IMG/VR virus record: IMGVR_UViG_3300005095_000172
Location: 1 to 64,000 of that record
Length of the DNA: 64,000 bases
Strand: one strand, 5' to 3'
DNA from: a virus
Taxonomy: Duplodnaviria; Heunggongvirae; Uroviricota; Caudoviricetes
In this document: in pieces, positions 9,033 through 17,654 of the stretch
How positions within the stretch are numbered: the first letter of the stretch is position 1
Layout: each line of letters starts with the position of its first letter
Notes under the pieces: model-generated
Seen by the model: only the letters and a program-made list of their open reading frames with translations
Databases searched by the model: none
Told to the model about the DNA's origin: nothing
Made by a program: the position numbers and the translations under genes

Positions 9033-9623
9033 TTAAGTAGATTTTAGAAGAGTTTCTGTAGATTTTAATATTTTTCTTCTATTACTATACATTTTCATAC
9101 TAAAATGATGAATGATAGAAATTAAATCTTCAGTTAATTCTTGTTGAAAATCTTCTTCTTTAGAAGAATTCAACACAACTATTTCTACTCCAAACATTTC
9201 AAAGAAAGTTTCAAAATACCCAAACCCAAATCTCGTAAGTCTGTCTTTATATGAAATGTAAATTTTTGAAATTTTACCATCTTGTATATCTTTTAGTAGA
9301 GAATTCAACCCCTTTCTATTTTCATTCATGCCAGAAGCTATGTCGCTATATACATTTTCTGGAACAACTCCAGTACTAACCATGAATTCTCTAATTATCT
9401 TTTCTTGTCTGATTAAATCGTCTTTTTGTTTCGTGTTTGAAACTCTCGTGTATATCACACATTGTCTTTCTTTTTGTTCTTTTTCAGTGAAAACGTCTTC
9501 ATACATGAATTTCCTAGAAGATAATTCGATGTATTTTACTTTACCGTTTCTTCTCCAATTATTCAGAGTCTGAGTGGTTATTTTGTACTTTTCTTTCATT
9601 TCTTTAGCTGATAGATAACCCAT
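9033..9623 (-). CDS. tnpA: IS607-type TnpA serine recombinase (MerR-like HTH + resolvase catalytic domain)
   Basis: 'VIYTRVSNTKQKDDL' catalytic-Ser motif; N-terminal HTH 'ITTQTLNNWRRNGK'; lies immediately upstream of tnpB. Confidence 0.8.
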   Translation of the reverse strand: MGYLSAKEMKEKYKITTQTLNNWRRNGKVKYIELSSRKFMYEDVFTEKEQKERQCVIYTRVSNTKQKDDLIRQEKIIREFMVSTGVVPENVYSDIASGMNENRKGLNSLLKDIQDGKISKIYISYKDRLTRFGFGYFETFFEMFGVEIVVLNSSKEEDFQQELTEDLISIIHHFSMKMYSNRRKILKSTETLLKST

Positions 9624-9689
9624 TTTCCATTCCTTTAATTAAGTTTAAATTAAAGCTATTTAATTATAATAAAATATTGGAATAGAAAG

Positions 9690-9715
9690 TTATTATAACT
9701 AAAGTTAGCTTAAAG
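9690..9715 (-). promoter_or_regulatory. distal (TATAAT + palindrome) remnant of the same promoter copy, now facing tnpA
   Basis: 'ttattataactaaagttagcttaaag' with no cognate RBS/ATG at the usual spacing. Confidence 0.45.
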
Positions 9716-9800
9716 AAAGATAAATATGTGATTTTATATTTTATTTTTGAAAGATTTTGTTGATATTTAGAAAGAGTTTTTGAAGTAAGGAATGAAAGAG

Positions 9801-10160
9801 CTAGTAATCCCAGCTCTTTTCCCATTTTAATGGTTTTGTTTTTAACGAGTCTTTGGTCAGTCGTTGATACATTCTTTTATACGCATTTGCTTCTTTTGAA
9901 TTACCTGATTCTAATGCTTCTTTGTAAAGACCAAACGCTTCTGAAATATTGTGTGCGTCACACTCTTTTTCTCTATTTTTGAATGCGTCTTGAATACTAG
10001 AAATAAAAACCTTTTCATAGTGACTAGCACCATAGCCATTAGATTCCCCGTAGATATCGTATTTTCTTCTAAGGAAAGTGAGTAAGTTTTCTTTCGAGGT
10101 AAGATGTCTAACAGACATTAACCTCTCACTCATTGTTTCAAGAAGCTCTGAATCAGTCAT
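9801..10160 (-). CDS. hypothetical protein
   Basis: ORF track. Confidence 0.4.
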   Translation of the reverse strand: MTDSELLETMSERLMSVRHLTSKENLLTFLRRKYDIYGESNGYGASHYEKVFISSIQDAFKNREKECDAHNISEAFGLYKEALESGNSKEANAYKRMYQRLTKDSLKTKPLKWEKSWDY

Positions 10161-10458
10161 CTTTAACCTTTGCTTCAGCTCTCATTTTCCTGACATCTCC
10201 CATAAGTTCCATTTCTTCTTCTCTTTTTGGTGGTTCGGTCACCATATCCATTTTTGAAGTATCTTCGATTCCTACAGAAAACTTCCCTTTTGCATCAGTA
10301 AAATCAGCGTTTTTTTGGATAGAACCCTTGAAGTTACAAAAATGTAGAGTTGCTCCTTTAAAGTTACAACCAGATAGATTTGCGTCTCTGAAGTTCGAAT
10401 ATGAAAGGTCTTTTCCTGAAAAGTCTTTCCCTGATAAATCTTGTCCTCTAAAATTCAT
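10153..10458 (-). CDS. pentapeptide-repeat protein (start moved to MNFRG with RBS AAAGGAG)
   Basis: Tandem A(D/N)LSG-type pentapeptides: 'FRGQDLSGKDFSGKDLSYSNFRDANLSGCNFKGATLHFCNFKGS'. Confidence 0.6.
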   Translation of the reverse strand: MNFRGQDLSGKDFSGKDLSYSNFRDANLSGCNFKGATLHFCNFKGSIQKNADFTDAKGKFSVGIEDTSKMDMVTEPPKREEEMELMGDVRKMRAEAKVKDD

Positions 10459-10483
10459 GATTTCTCCTTTTGAATGGTTTCTT

Positions 10484-11413
10484 TTATTTAACTGGCACTT
10501 GAATGAATGGAGAAGACTTATCCCCAAGCATTACTTTAGGCTTAACTCCATCCCATCTATCAATTTCAGCTTTCTCATTTTCAAGTTGTTTATATGAAAG
10601 TACTTCTGGAGTCAGCGATTCAGCAATCATTTTGTTAGCCTTAGCGATGGCTGTAGCCTCGATTAATCTGGAATCTGCGATCCCTTGTGCATTAACTCTT
10701 TTCGCTTCTGCTTCACCTCTTTCCTTAGCTACCCTTTGCTTGGCTTCTGCTTCAGTTCTTTTAATTTCAAGTTCTTTTCTAGCAACTTCTTCATTCATTT
10801 GTTGCTTAGCCATAATTGACTTTTTCAACTGTGGGGGAATATAGATGTTCTGAATAGACGCTGCTGACACCTTAACACACCCTTCCCCAAAGATGCTATT
10901 GAACTTCTTATTGAGATTTTCCTTAATCTTCACCGAGTACGCATCACGCTTTTCGTTCAGGTCGTACACCGTTGCCGTACCAATTACACCCCTTGAGACC
11001 GAACGAACTTTCGGGATAACGATTTTCTCATCCCATACCCCGTCAACACCATAGTGTTTTCTGATATCAGACGCACAAGTTTTGCTCAGGCTGTAGTTCA
11101 GTACCATATCCAACGGCACTTCCATAGACTCACGGGTCAAGATGGTCAAGTGAGTATCATAGATGATCTCGTGACTGTCCTCTTTCTTAGCCGTTTGGTT
11201 GTTCATAATCAAGGCTTTGACCTTAGTATTATAGACATCGATATCCGTCAGCGGATTCAGCGAGAAATGGAAGCCCTCGTGCAACGCTTCATTCTGTACC
11301 TCACCATTTACAACTTCTACCCCAGCTTCACCTGAGTCAATAGTCGTCATATAACACCCACTCATCATAAAAGGCATTGCTGCCATCAATCCAATTTTAA
11401 TCATTCGTTTCAT
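10484..11413 (-). CDS. SPFH/band-7 (prohibitin/HflK-like) lipoprotein with a C-terminal coiled-coil
   Basis: Lipobox 'MMSGC'. SPFH-like core. 'EIKRTEAEAKQRVAKERGEAEAKR' coiled-coil. Start placed at MKRMIK, which has an AAGGAAG RBS. Confidence 0.55.
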   Translation of the reverse strand: MKRMIKIGLMAAMPFMMSGCYMTTIDSGEAGVEVVNGEVQNEALHEGFHFSLNPLTDIDVYNTKVKALIMNNQTAKKEDSHEIIYDTHLTILTRESMEVPLDMVLNYSLSKTCASDIRKHYGVDGVWDEKIVIPKVRSVSRGVIGTATVYDLNEKRDAYSVKIKENLNKKFNSIFGEGCVKVSAASIQNIYIPPQLKKSIMAKQQMNEEVARKELEIKRTEAEAKQRVAKERGEAEAKRVNAQGIADSRLIEATAIAKANKMIAESLTPEVLSYKQLENEKAEIDRWDGVKPKVMLGDKSSPFIQVPVK

Positions 11414-11430
11414 TTTTCTTCCTTTTATTT

Positions 11431-11901
11431 TTATGAAAACAGCCCGTATCCGAACTGAACATTTAGGTCGCCCCACCATCCATTTATTGCTGGAATTTTA
11501 TTTTTCTCTTCTTTATAACAAAGATCAGGGAGTGATATCTTTACGAATTCCCACCAAAGCCCCTCGAAATCATCAACCCAGCGATCACCGTCTTCATCTG
11601 GTTCCCCTATATATTTATAAAGGGTATCTTCATCAATGTACTTTCTTAGCTCATTAAATGCCTCTTCACTGATATAAGAATCTTCATAATCAGTACAAAT
11701 CCTATACAATTTATCTTCTGGGTATTTTCGTTCCACACCAGTAAAATCATCGTTGTGATTAAAAGACACACCAGTAGTCTTACAAGATTGCTTATAAGCT
11801 TCTTGCACATCTTCAAGCGTATGATTCACATCATAAACAACTTCTCGGGATTTTCCGTGTCCGTCATCAGACCAGTCACCGAGCACTAATTTCATCAACA
11901 T
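11431..11901 (-). CDS. hypothetical protein (GC-richer island)
   Basis: ORF track; 'GDWSDDGHGKS' motif of unclear meaning. Confidence 0.45.
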   Translation of the reverse strand: MLMKLVLGDWSDDGHGKSREVVYDVNHTLEDVQEAYKQSCKTTGVSFNHNDDFTGVERKYPEDKLYRICTDYEDSYISEEAFNELRKYIDEDTLYKYIGEPDEDGDRWVDDFEGLWWEFVKISLPDLCYKEEKNKIPAINGWWGDLNVQFGYGLFS

Positions 11902-11905
11902 GTGT

Positions 11906-11940
11906 TTCCTTTCTTTTATTATAGTTTCATTAGCTTAAAA
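11906..11940 (-). promoter_or_regulatory. degenerate promoter element copy
   Basis: Partial consensus. Confidence 0.35.
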
Positions 11941-11945
11941 GCAAC

Positions 11946-12173
11946 TTAATATTCTGACTTCTGTTTTCTTGAATTCACAAAGTACGCAAAGACAATCAAC
12001 CAGAAGATATTCATAGTGAACCGTTTCATTCCCGTATCAGACAAGCCAAACGGTAAGGCAAACGAGAATAACACAAACAACATACCGAACATCGATACGA
12101 TGAAGTGAATCATGCTGCCATCACCATCTAAAATTGCCCTTACAGGATTGAGATTTCTAAAAAAGTTTCTCAT
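11946..12173 (-). CDS. small membrane protein
   Basis: Two predicted TM helices. Confidence 0.4.
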   Translation of the reverse strand: MRNFFRNLNPVRAILDGDGSMIHFIVSMFGMLFVLFSFALPFGLSDTGMKRFTMNIFWLIVFAYFVNSRKQKSEY

Positions 12174-12382
12174 TATTCGCCTTTGTACCTAAAAAACCAA
12201 CGCTTAGTTCTAAGCCACATAGACTCCTGAACCATATACATACTTGCAGCCAAGCTCTTGAAGCCGAGCATATCAGCGATCCATCCAATGAAGAACGAAC
12301 CAGCCACAATTAAAAGCATTACGCTAAAAAGCATTACTAAGCCAAGTAAGATGGCTTGAATTAGTTTAATTAGTATTATCAT
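12173..12382 (-). CDS. small membrane protein
   Basis: Hydrophobic; ATGA-type coupling with the neighbouring gene. Confidence 0.4.
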   Translation of the reverse strand: MIILIKLIQAILLGLVMLFSVMLLIVAGSFFIGWIADMLGFKSLAASMYMVQESMWLRTKRWFFRYKGE

Positions 12383-12590
12383 TTTTCTTCTCCAAATATT
12401 CAGTGATAGTTTTGTTCATCAAGTACTCAAGAACAAAGAAATCCTCGAAACTTAAATTGTATTTATCTTGTATATTAGTTCCGTATCCTTTATCATCAGT
12501 TGGACCACTTACACTAAAATACATAAATGAACCAGTATCAAATTCAGCACTCACTGAACAAACTTCATTCGAAATCATCTTACACCTCAC
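12366..12590 (-). CDS. hypothetical protein
   Basis: ORF track. Confidence 0.35.
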   Translation of the reverse strand: MRCKMISNEVCSVSAEFDTGSFMYFSVSGPTDDKGYGTNIQDKYNLSFEDFFVLEYLMNKTITEYLEKKNDNTN

Positions 12591-13143
12591 AATCTTTATA
12601 TGTTAAAGTTCTAAGAGTCCCCCAGTCAATAGTTCCGTTCTTGAATAGTTCCAATAAAGTACAGTCTGGCGTTCTGACATCCCAGCTACAAATATCGCCA
12701 TGAGGAATCAACAACTTAGAGATGAAGTTCCTTTTAATTACACTGAGTTGTCTTTCTTGGATTTTTTCGAATGAGGTAGGTTCTAGCCAAGAAGCTTTAT
12801 AACAAATAGATTCCAAGTAACATGAATATTCATCCACGTAAATATTACTATCCATTTCTACTCTAAATGTTCTTTTACCTTCGTGGTCTTTATATCTTTC
12901 CATGAATTCATTCAAGACGATGACTGTTTCTTCTACATCATCGTCATAAAGATCATTTGAAAACATTTCTTTTTGTTCGAATAAATTCACACCAATGTAG
13001 TCAGCCCATTCTGGGACACTTGTCTTATCATCTTCATTGAGTTTTTCAACTAAAGATTTAATTGCGTTCTCAAGTTCAGTGAACTTATCTTCTAGTTCTT
13101 CAGGAGTTAGCGTTTCTGCTCTTTCAATTTTAAATTCTTTCAT
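12580..13143 (-). CDS. hypothetical protein
   Basis: ORF track; promoter element upstream. Confidence 0.45.
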   Translation of the reverse strand: MKEFKIERAETLTPEELEDKFTELENAIKSLVEKLNEDDKTSVPEWADYIGVNLFEQKEMFSNDLYDDDVEETVIVLNEFMERYKDHEGKRTFRVEMDSNIYVDEYSCYLESICYKASWLEPTSFEKIQERQLSVIKRNFISKLLIPHGDICSWDVRTPDCTLLELFKNGTIDWGTLRTLTYKDCEV

Positions 13144-13150
13144 TTTTTAG

Positions 13151-13197
13151 CCTTTCTAATTTTGATATAATTGATTATACCTAAAATTACCTTAAAG
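13151..13197 (-). promoter_or_regulatory. degenerate promoter element copy
   Basis: Partial consensus. Confidence 0.35.
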
Positions 13198-13227
13198 TCT
13201 GGTTAAGTTTTTACCAGTGGAAATATC

Positions 13228-13596
13228 TTACTCCCAAAACGGTTCAGCTTTTGTAATAAAAACCCTATCTCCAAATTTGTATATATCTTCTACGCAATTT
13301 TCTGGTGAATCAGTGAATCCTATTAAGAAAAGATTGAACCCATCACATTCTTCATCATGAACAGTTTCACCTTCTAAAAACGGAGATTCTAACCAAGCAA
13401 TATACACATATTGCTTAAACATCTTTTTAGTATCAATATCTTCGATAATATAGTTTCTATTCTTCCCATAGTGTTTTTCTAGAGTTTCTGGGAGTAAATC
13501 AATTATGGTTTCGTTCACTTCCCTAATAGAGTTCATCGTGAACCATCCACCGTATGTTGAGTCACACAGAAAATTAGTTATTTTGTAATCCCTCAT
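13228..13596 (-). CDS. hypothetical protein
   Basis: ORF track. Confidence 0.45.
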   Translation of the reverse strand: MRDYKITNFLCDSTYGGWFTMNSIREVNETIIDLLPETLEKHYGKNRNYIIEDIDTKKMFKQYVYIAWLESPFLEGETVHDEECDGFNLFLIGFTDSPENCVEDIYKFGDRVFITKAEPFWE

Positions 13597-13928
13597 TACG
13601 AATCCAACATTTTAGAAAGTAGAACTTCAGATGAACCACTACCTTGTTCAATCGCACCAGCGATTGCGAGTTTCATTCCTAAATCGTCCTTTCTCATATC
13701 AAGATGTTTAGAAAGATAGTTATAAAGTTCCTTTGAATCTTTAAGATTTTCAATTCCAGTTAGTTCTGATAAAATCAATCTAGAAGTCATATTCATCGAA
13801 GCTACCATTCCGAATAAAAGAGCAGAGTCAAGAAAAGAAACATCAGCACTTTTTGTTTCGAATTTTTCTTTATTCAAATTCTCCATCATTTCCATTAGTT
13901 CATAGTAATCTATGTATTCAGTTTTCAT
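13596..13928 (-). CDS. hypothetical protein
   Basis: ORF track. Confidence 0.45.
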   Translation of the reverse strand: MKTEYIDYYELMEMMENLNKEKFETKSADVSFLDSALLFGMVASMNMTSRLILSELTGIENLKDSKELYNYLSKHLDMRKDDLGMKLAIAGAIEQGSGSSEVLLSKMLDS

Positions 13929-14298
13929 TATTTTCCTTTACTATTCCCAAAAGGTTATCTATTGTATTAACTAGGTCTTCAACATAAACATCATTCTTAG
14001 AAGATATCGTTTTCTTAAGTTCAACATCATCGCCATTTAGAAGTTTATCCTTAACTTTCTTAGTAATATTTCTTTTCTTATAAACTTCAATGTCATAAAG
14101 ATCATTCCCGTTTAGAGAAATTTTCACATATCCAATTCCTTTAAAAGCAGGAACATTCCTAACGGAAAACTGTAAAGCACCAAGTTCCTTTTCTGTTTCT
14201 GGGAATCCTAAGAAGTCTTTCGCTCCCCAAGAAATTAGTGCAAGTTTGTCCAAAACTTTAATTTGATATTGGATAGTTTTTGCTACTTCTATTGACAC
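13918..14298 (-). CDS. hypothetical protein
   Basis: ORF track; promoter element upstream. Confidence 0.45.
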   Translation of the reverse strand: MSIEVAKTIQYQIKVLDKLALISWGAKDFLGFPETEKELGALQFSVRNVPAFKGIGYVKISLNGNDLYDIEVYKKRNITKKVKDKLLNGDDVELKKTISSKNDVYVEDLVNTIDNLLGIVKENNEN

Positions 14299-14303
14299 GT
14301 TGT

Positions 14304-14346
14304 CTCCTTTTGTTATGTTTAATTATAGCTAAAGATAGCTTAAAAG
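14304..14346 (-). promoter_or_regulatory. promoter element copy
   Basis: 'aattatagctaaagatagcttaaaag'. Confidence 0.45.
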
Positions 14347-14721
14347 AAGTTTAAGAGAAACGACTGATATTCAGTTCTCTTAAGATTTTTTCTTTTTCCC
14401 CATTTTAAATCTTGTATAGATTTACTGAGTCTTTCCTTTACTTCTTTTCTTGTGGAAAGCGCATAAAGTGAAGACAACTTTTTATCGATAGCTTCTAATT
14501 GTTTAGTTAGAATTTCATTCCTATTCACAATTTAGAAACCTTAACTGATATATACGCTAGGAATGAAATGATAGTAATTTGTACTAGAAGCATTTCTGCT
14601 TGTAGAAGATGTGGTGATACTAAGAAGTCTATATTTCCTGATTGAATAAATTCTTTAGCTCTTTCTATTGCAGGGATATCCATAATAATTCTCCGAAAGT
14701 GATTTAAACTATTTAAGTGAA

Positions 14722-15390
14722 TTATGAAATTTTCCCTAATTTCACATTTCCTTCAGAAACATATACTCCTCTCATTGGGATATAAAGTTCTGGAGCTTCC
14801 ATTACTCTATAATGAATTCCTACTGTTTCACAACTTTCAAAGTCATTTTTATCTTCTACTATATCATAGATATTGTCTATGAATATATCTTTTTCTAGAA
14901 TTGACTCTCCGTATTTATCAACTAGCCATTGTAAAAAATCTTCAAGAGTTTTGAATTTTTCCTTGACTAAAATGAATGGAGGTTCTAATCCTTCTTTTAA
15001 AAATCCTAAAGTGAAATCACTTGAGATGAAAATACCGTTTGAAGTGTTACAATCTTCTATAAGGGAACTTCTGTCGTCAGTGAATTTTGGTTTCACTCTG
15101 TAGTTTTCACTTCCTGGATACATAATAAAATTTGGTTCATAGTCGTGTTTCCAATCGAACCAGGCATTTGAGTTTTCATCATACCATTGTATTGTTCTTC
15201 CTAAATTAAATGCCTTTCTAACTTCAGCGTATTCATCATCTACAATGTAATGGTATTCATTGATGTTTTTATTGATGATGAATTCATCAACTAATCGCCA
15301 GACCGTAGAACCTTCTATCCTTTTCCAGATTCTAGGGTGTCCTTGTTTCACCCAAGAACCAATTTCGTTTATAAGTTTATTGTTGTTCAT
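14722..15390 (-). CDS. hypothetical protein
   Basis: ORF track. Confidence 0.45.
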   Translation of the reverse strand: MNNNKLINEIGSWVKQGHPRIWKRIEGSTVWRLVDEFIINKNINEYHYIVDDEYAEVRKAFNLGRTIQWYDENSNAWFDWKHDYEPNFIMYPGSENYRVKPKFTDDRSSLIEDCNTSNGIFISSDFTLGFLKEGLEPPFILVKEKFKTLEDFLQWLVDKYGESILEKDIFIDNIYDIVEDKNDFESCETVGIHYRVMEAPELYIPMRGVYVSEGNVKLGKIS

Positions 15391-15419
15391 GTAATCCCTC
15401 CACAGGATTTAGTAAAGTT

Positions 15420-16157
15420 TCACAGTCTTCGTTTAATTTTAAATTCATCATAGTCAGTAAAAATCAACCTTACTGGATCACCTTCACTAACTTTTATCTC
15501 AGAAACTCCTTGAACAACATGATTGCTTCCGTCCACCCAAAGGGTTATGGGAGTTCTACTTTTGGCTTTTATGAACATATCTCGTGGCGGAATAACATAC
15601 TCTATGTTTCTATTTGTTTTATCTCCAGTGATACTCCAAAGATTAGAAGAAAGAGGGAGGATAACTCCTCCATTATTCTTGTTGATTCCTGTGGAACCTT
15701 GAGGTGTACTGATTATCAATCCACCTCCTTTGAATTTTGAGAAAATTTCATCTTTCTCAGTTACATCAAAATCAATCCAGGAGTTCATGTCTCCGCCTAC
15801 CATCACTTCATTGAACGCTTGGAATATTTCAGAGACTTGAATTTCTTTGGTTTCATTCACTGAAGCCATATCTCTAACTTCTTTAGAATATGTAACTTCT
15901 ACCTTAATAGACTTAAACTCTACTATTGTTGAATCTTCTATTTCAAATTCTTTTCTTGGACTATTCATTAGAAACCCAACAGTACCAGCATTAATTCCAT
16001 AGAATGGTTTTTGAAAATGTCTATAGAGATTAATCGCCCTTAGAAGTGTCCCATCACCGCCTTTAGCCACGACAACATTTTCATATAACCTAATATATTT
16101 ATTTTCGTCGTACCTATCTTTTATTTCTTCTAGTAATTCTCCAAAATTAGAAAACAT
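15420..16157 (-). CDS. nadK: NAD+ kinase (NadK/PpnK family)
   Basis: 'GGDGTLL' and 'GINAGTVGFL' motifs; 'STPQGSTGIN' resembles the NadK 'TPTGSTAYS' motif. Confidence 0.65.
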   Translation of the reverse strand: MFSNFGELLEEIKDRYDENKYIRLYENVVVAKGGDGTLLRAINLYRHFQKPFYGINAGTVGFLMNSPRKEFEIEDSTIVEFKSIKVEVTYSKEVRDMASVNETKEIQVSEIFQAFNEVMVGGDMNSWIDFDVTEKDEIFSKFKGGGLIISTPQGSTGINKNNGGVILPLSSNLWSITGDKTNRNIEYVIPPRDMFIKAKSRTPITLWVDGSNHVVQGVSEIKVSEGDPVRLIFTDYDEFKIKRRL

Positions 16158-16423
16158 TATCTACCTTCCGAGTTCATTTTACAATATTCTTTTAAAGCTC
16201 TAGACAGACTAGGAAATGTAGTATTGTCCTTCATATACAATTTCACCGAGTCTTGTTTAGTAGAAATGAATAATTTTTCTATAAAGTCTTGATATGAGTA
16301 GTTTCTATGAAGAGAGTCATGTACTACTTCTTTATTTTCATCATCAAGTATAGCGAACCCATCACGAGTAAGAATGTATGAAAACTTCTCTGGGAAGCAG
16401 TTGTCAAATTCTTCTTTTGACAT
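16157..16423 (-). CDS. hypothetical protein, paralog of 17058-17330
   Basis: 'CFPEKFSYILTRDGFAILDDENKEV' versus 'CFPKSLSYILFLDGFMVLDEERKEI'. Confidence 0.4.
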   Translation of the reverse strand: MSKEEFDNCFPEKFSYILTRDGFAILDDENKEVVHDSLHRNYSYQDFIEKLFISTKQDSVKLYMKDNTTFPSLSRALKEYCKMNSEGR

Positions 16424-16450
16424 AAAAACCCCTTTTTATAAATTTACGAA

Positions 16451-16702
16451 TCATGAATGATACCATTTTACATAATCTGATCTTGTTCTCAAAGTGAGTT
16501 CTTGGAGTTCAATTTTTTCTACGAGACCATGCTCATCATAGTACATGTCTGTTTCTTCATTGTACGTCAATTTTCCTGGAATGGGGGTTTTGGAAGCATT
16601 CATCATTTCACAAATTACACACCCACCAGTTTCTCCATTTCTGAATTTCACTAGAGGAAGATCATCATTACCGCAAATTTCACACAATTCATTTTGTAAC
16701 AC
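16451..16702 (-). CDS. Cys-rich zinc-ribbon protein, paralog of 16787-17074
   Basis: 'CEICGNDD...GGCVICE' versus 'CEICGKND...CLACACAG'. Confidence 0.4.
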   Translation of the reverse strand: MLQNELCEICGNDDLPLVKFRNGETGGCVICEMMNASKTPIPGKLTYNEETDMYYDEHGLVEKIELQELTLRTRSDYVKWYHS

Positions 16703-16786
16703 GATTTCTCCTTAAATTAATTCCCGAGGTTTCAAGCCTTTTTAAAACAGACTTTTCACTAGATTGTTTATATAATTCTTTCTTTT

Positions 16787-17074
16787 TCATTCATTATTTT
16801 CAAGCCAATCTTTATATTCTTTTCTTGATTTGAAGCTGTTTTCTCCTACTTTGAAAGTAAATAGGTTGTCACTTTCATCATAGTAACAATCATCATTAGA
16901 ATTATAAGTGATGTAACCACCAAAAACTTCTTTCATACCAGAAGGTTCTGCTCCAGCACAAGCACAAGCAAGGCAATAATTGAAAGTTCCACCACCGAGA
17001 GAACTTGACATCACCAAACATTCTATGTCATTTTTACCGCAGATTTCACATCTTCTATTATTGGTTTCTACCAT
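16787..17074 (-). CDS. Cys-rich zinc-ribbon protein (paralog)
   Basis: See 16451-16702. Confidence 0.4.
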   Translation of the reverse strand: MVETNNRRCEICGKNDIECLVMSSSLGGGTFNYCLACACAGAEPSGMKEVFGGYITYNSNDDCYYDESDNLFTFKVGENSFKSRKEYKDWLENNE

Positions 17075-17330
17075 CTTTGTTCCTATTACAATATTCCAAT
17101 AGTGCTTCTGTCAATTCTCCAGGATTGTTCTTTATATTCCAAAGTACATCTTCTTGATAGCTCTTTATAAATGTTTCCGTTTCTTCGAATGAAATCTCAA
17201 AGTCCCCAATGGAATTCACTAAGATTTCTTTCCTTTCTTCGTCTAAGACCATAAATCCGTCTAAGAAAAGTATGTAAGACAAAGATTTTGGAAAACATTT
17301 TTTCAATTCGATATCGAATCTAGTTTTCAT
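17058..17330 (-). CDS. hypothetical protein (paralog of 16157-16423)
   Basis: See 16157-16423. Confidence 0.4.
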   Translation of the reverse strand: MKTRFDIELKKCFPKSLSYILFLDGFMVLDEERKEILVNSIGDFEISFEETETFIKSYQEDVLWNIKNNPGELTEALLEYCNRNKDGRNQ

Positions 17331-17599
17331 CTTTCAACTCCACCATTTCTGGGTAAATGTATAGATCATTTATATACTCATTACTACTTTCAATGTAAAT
17401 ATCACCGTCTATATCTACAAAAGCAATACTCATCTCTGGTTTGTGTTTCTCTACGAAATCGAAATAATCCGCAAAGGAAGCAGTAACGGCTCCTGCATTT
17501 TCTCTCTCTCTCTTCAGTAATTCTTTTATCGATTTCAAATGCGTTGTCTTTCAATACAATTTCTTTTCCGATATTTCTTGTTGCTTTTTCTGAAGTCAT
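17320..17599 (-). pseudogene. gene split by a frame change inside a (GA)6-7 dinucleotide repeat (about 95 aa if restored)
   Basis: The ATG with promoter element sits at 17597-17599. The N-terminal frame degenerates after the repeat at 17501-17513, while the +1 frame continues with protein-like sequence. Confidence 0.4.
17501..17513. repeat. (TC)6-7 / (GA)6-7 dinucleotide microsatellite inside a coding region
   Basis: Seen in the sequence: 'tctctctctctct'. Confidence 0.8.
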
Positions 17600-17605
17600 T
17601 TTAGT

Positions 17606-17648
17606 CCTTTCTTTTTAACTTCTATATTATAGCTAAAATAGTCTTAAA
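17606..17648 (-). promoter_or_regulatory. promoter element copy
   Basis: Consensus match. Confidence 0.55.
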
Positions 17649-17654
17649 AACAAA

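Larger units (their letters stand above)
7653..9689 (-). mobile_element. IS607-family insertion sequence (tnpA serine recombinase + tnpB), about 2.0 kb, inserted within a copy of the phage promoter element
   Basis: The two halves of the ~45-nt promoter consensus are separated by this element: the RBS half is at 7641-7652 and the TATAAT/palindrome half at 9690-9715. It contains the tnpA and tnpB ORFs. Boundaries are good to about ±10 bp. Confidence 0.6.

Noticed and set aside
9775-9800. 8-bp stem hairpin (aaagagct...agctcttt) downstream of gene 9801-10160
   Set aside because: The U-tract follows it only on the plus strand, where nothing is transcribed. On the coding (minus) strand there is no U-run. 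It is not convincing as a terminator.
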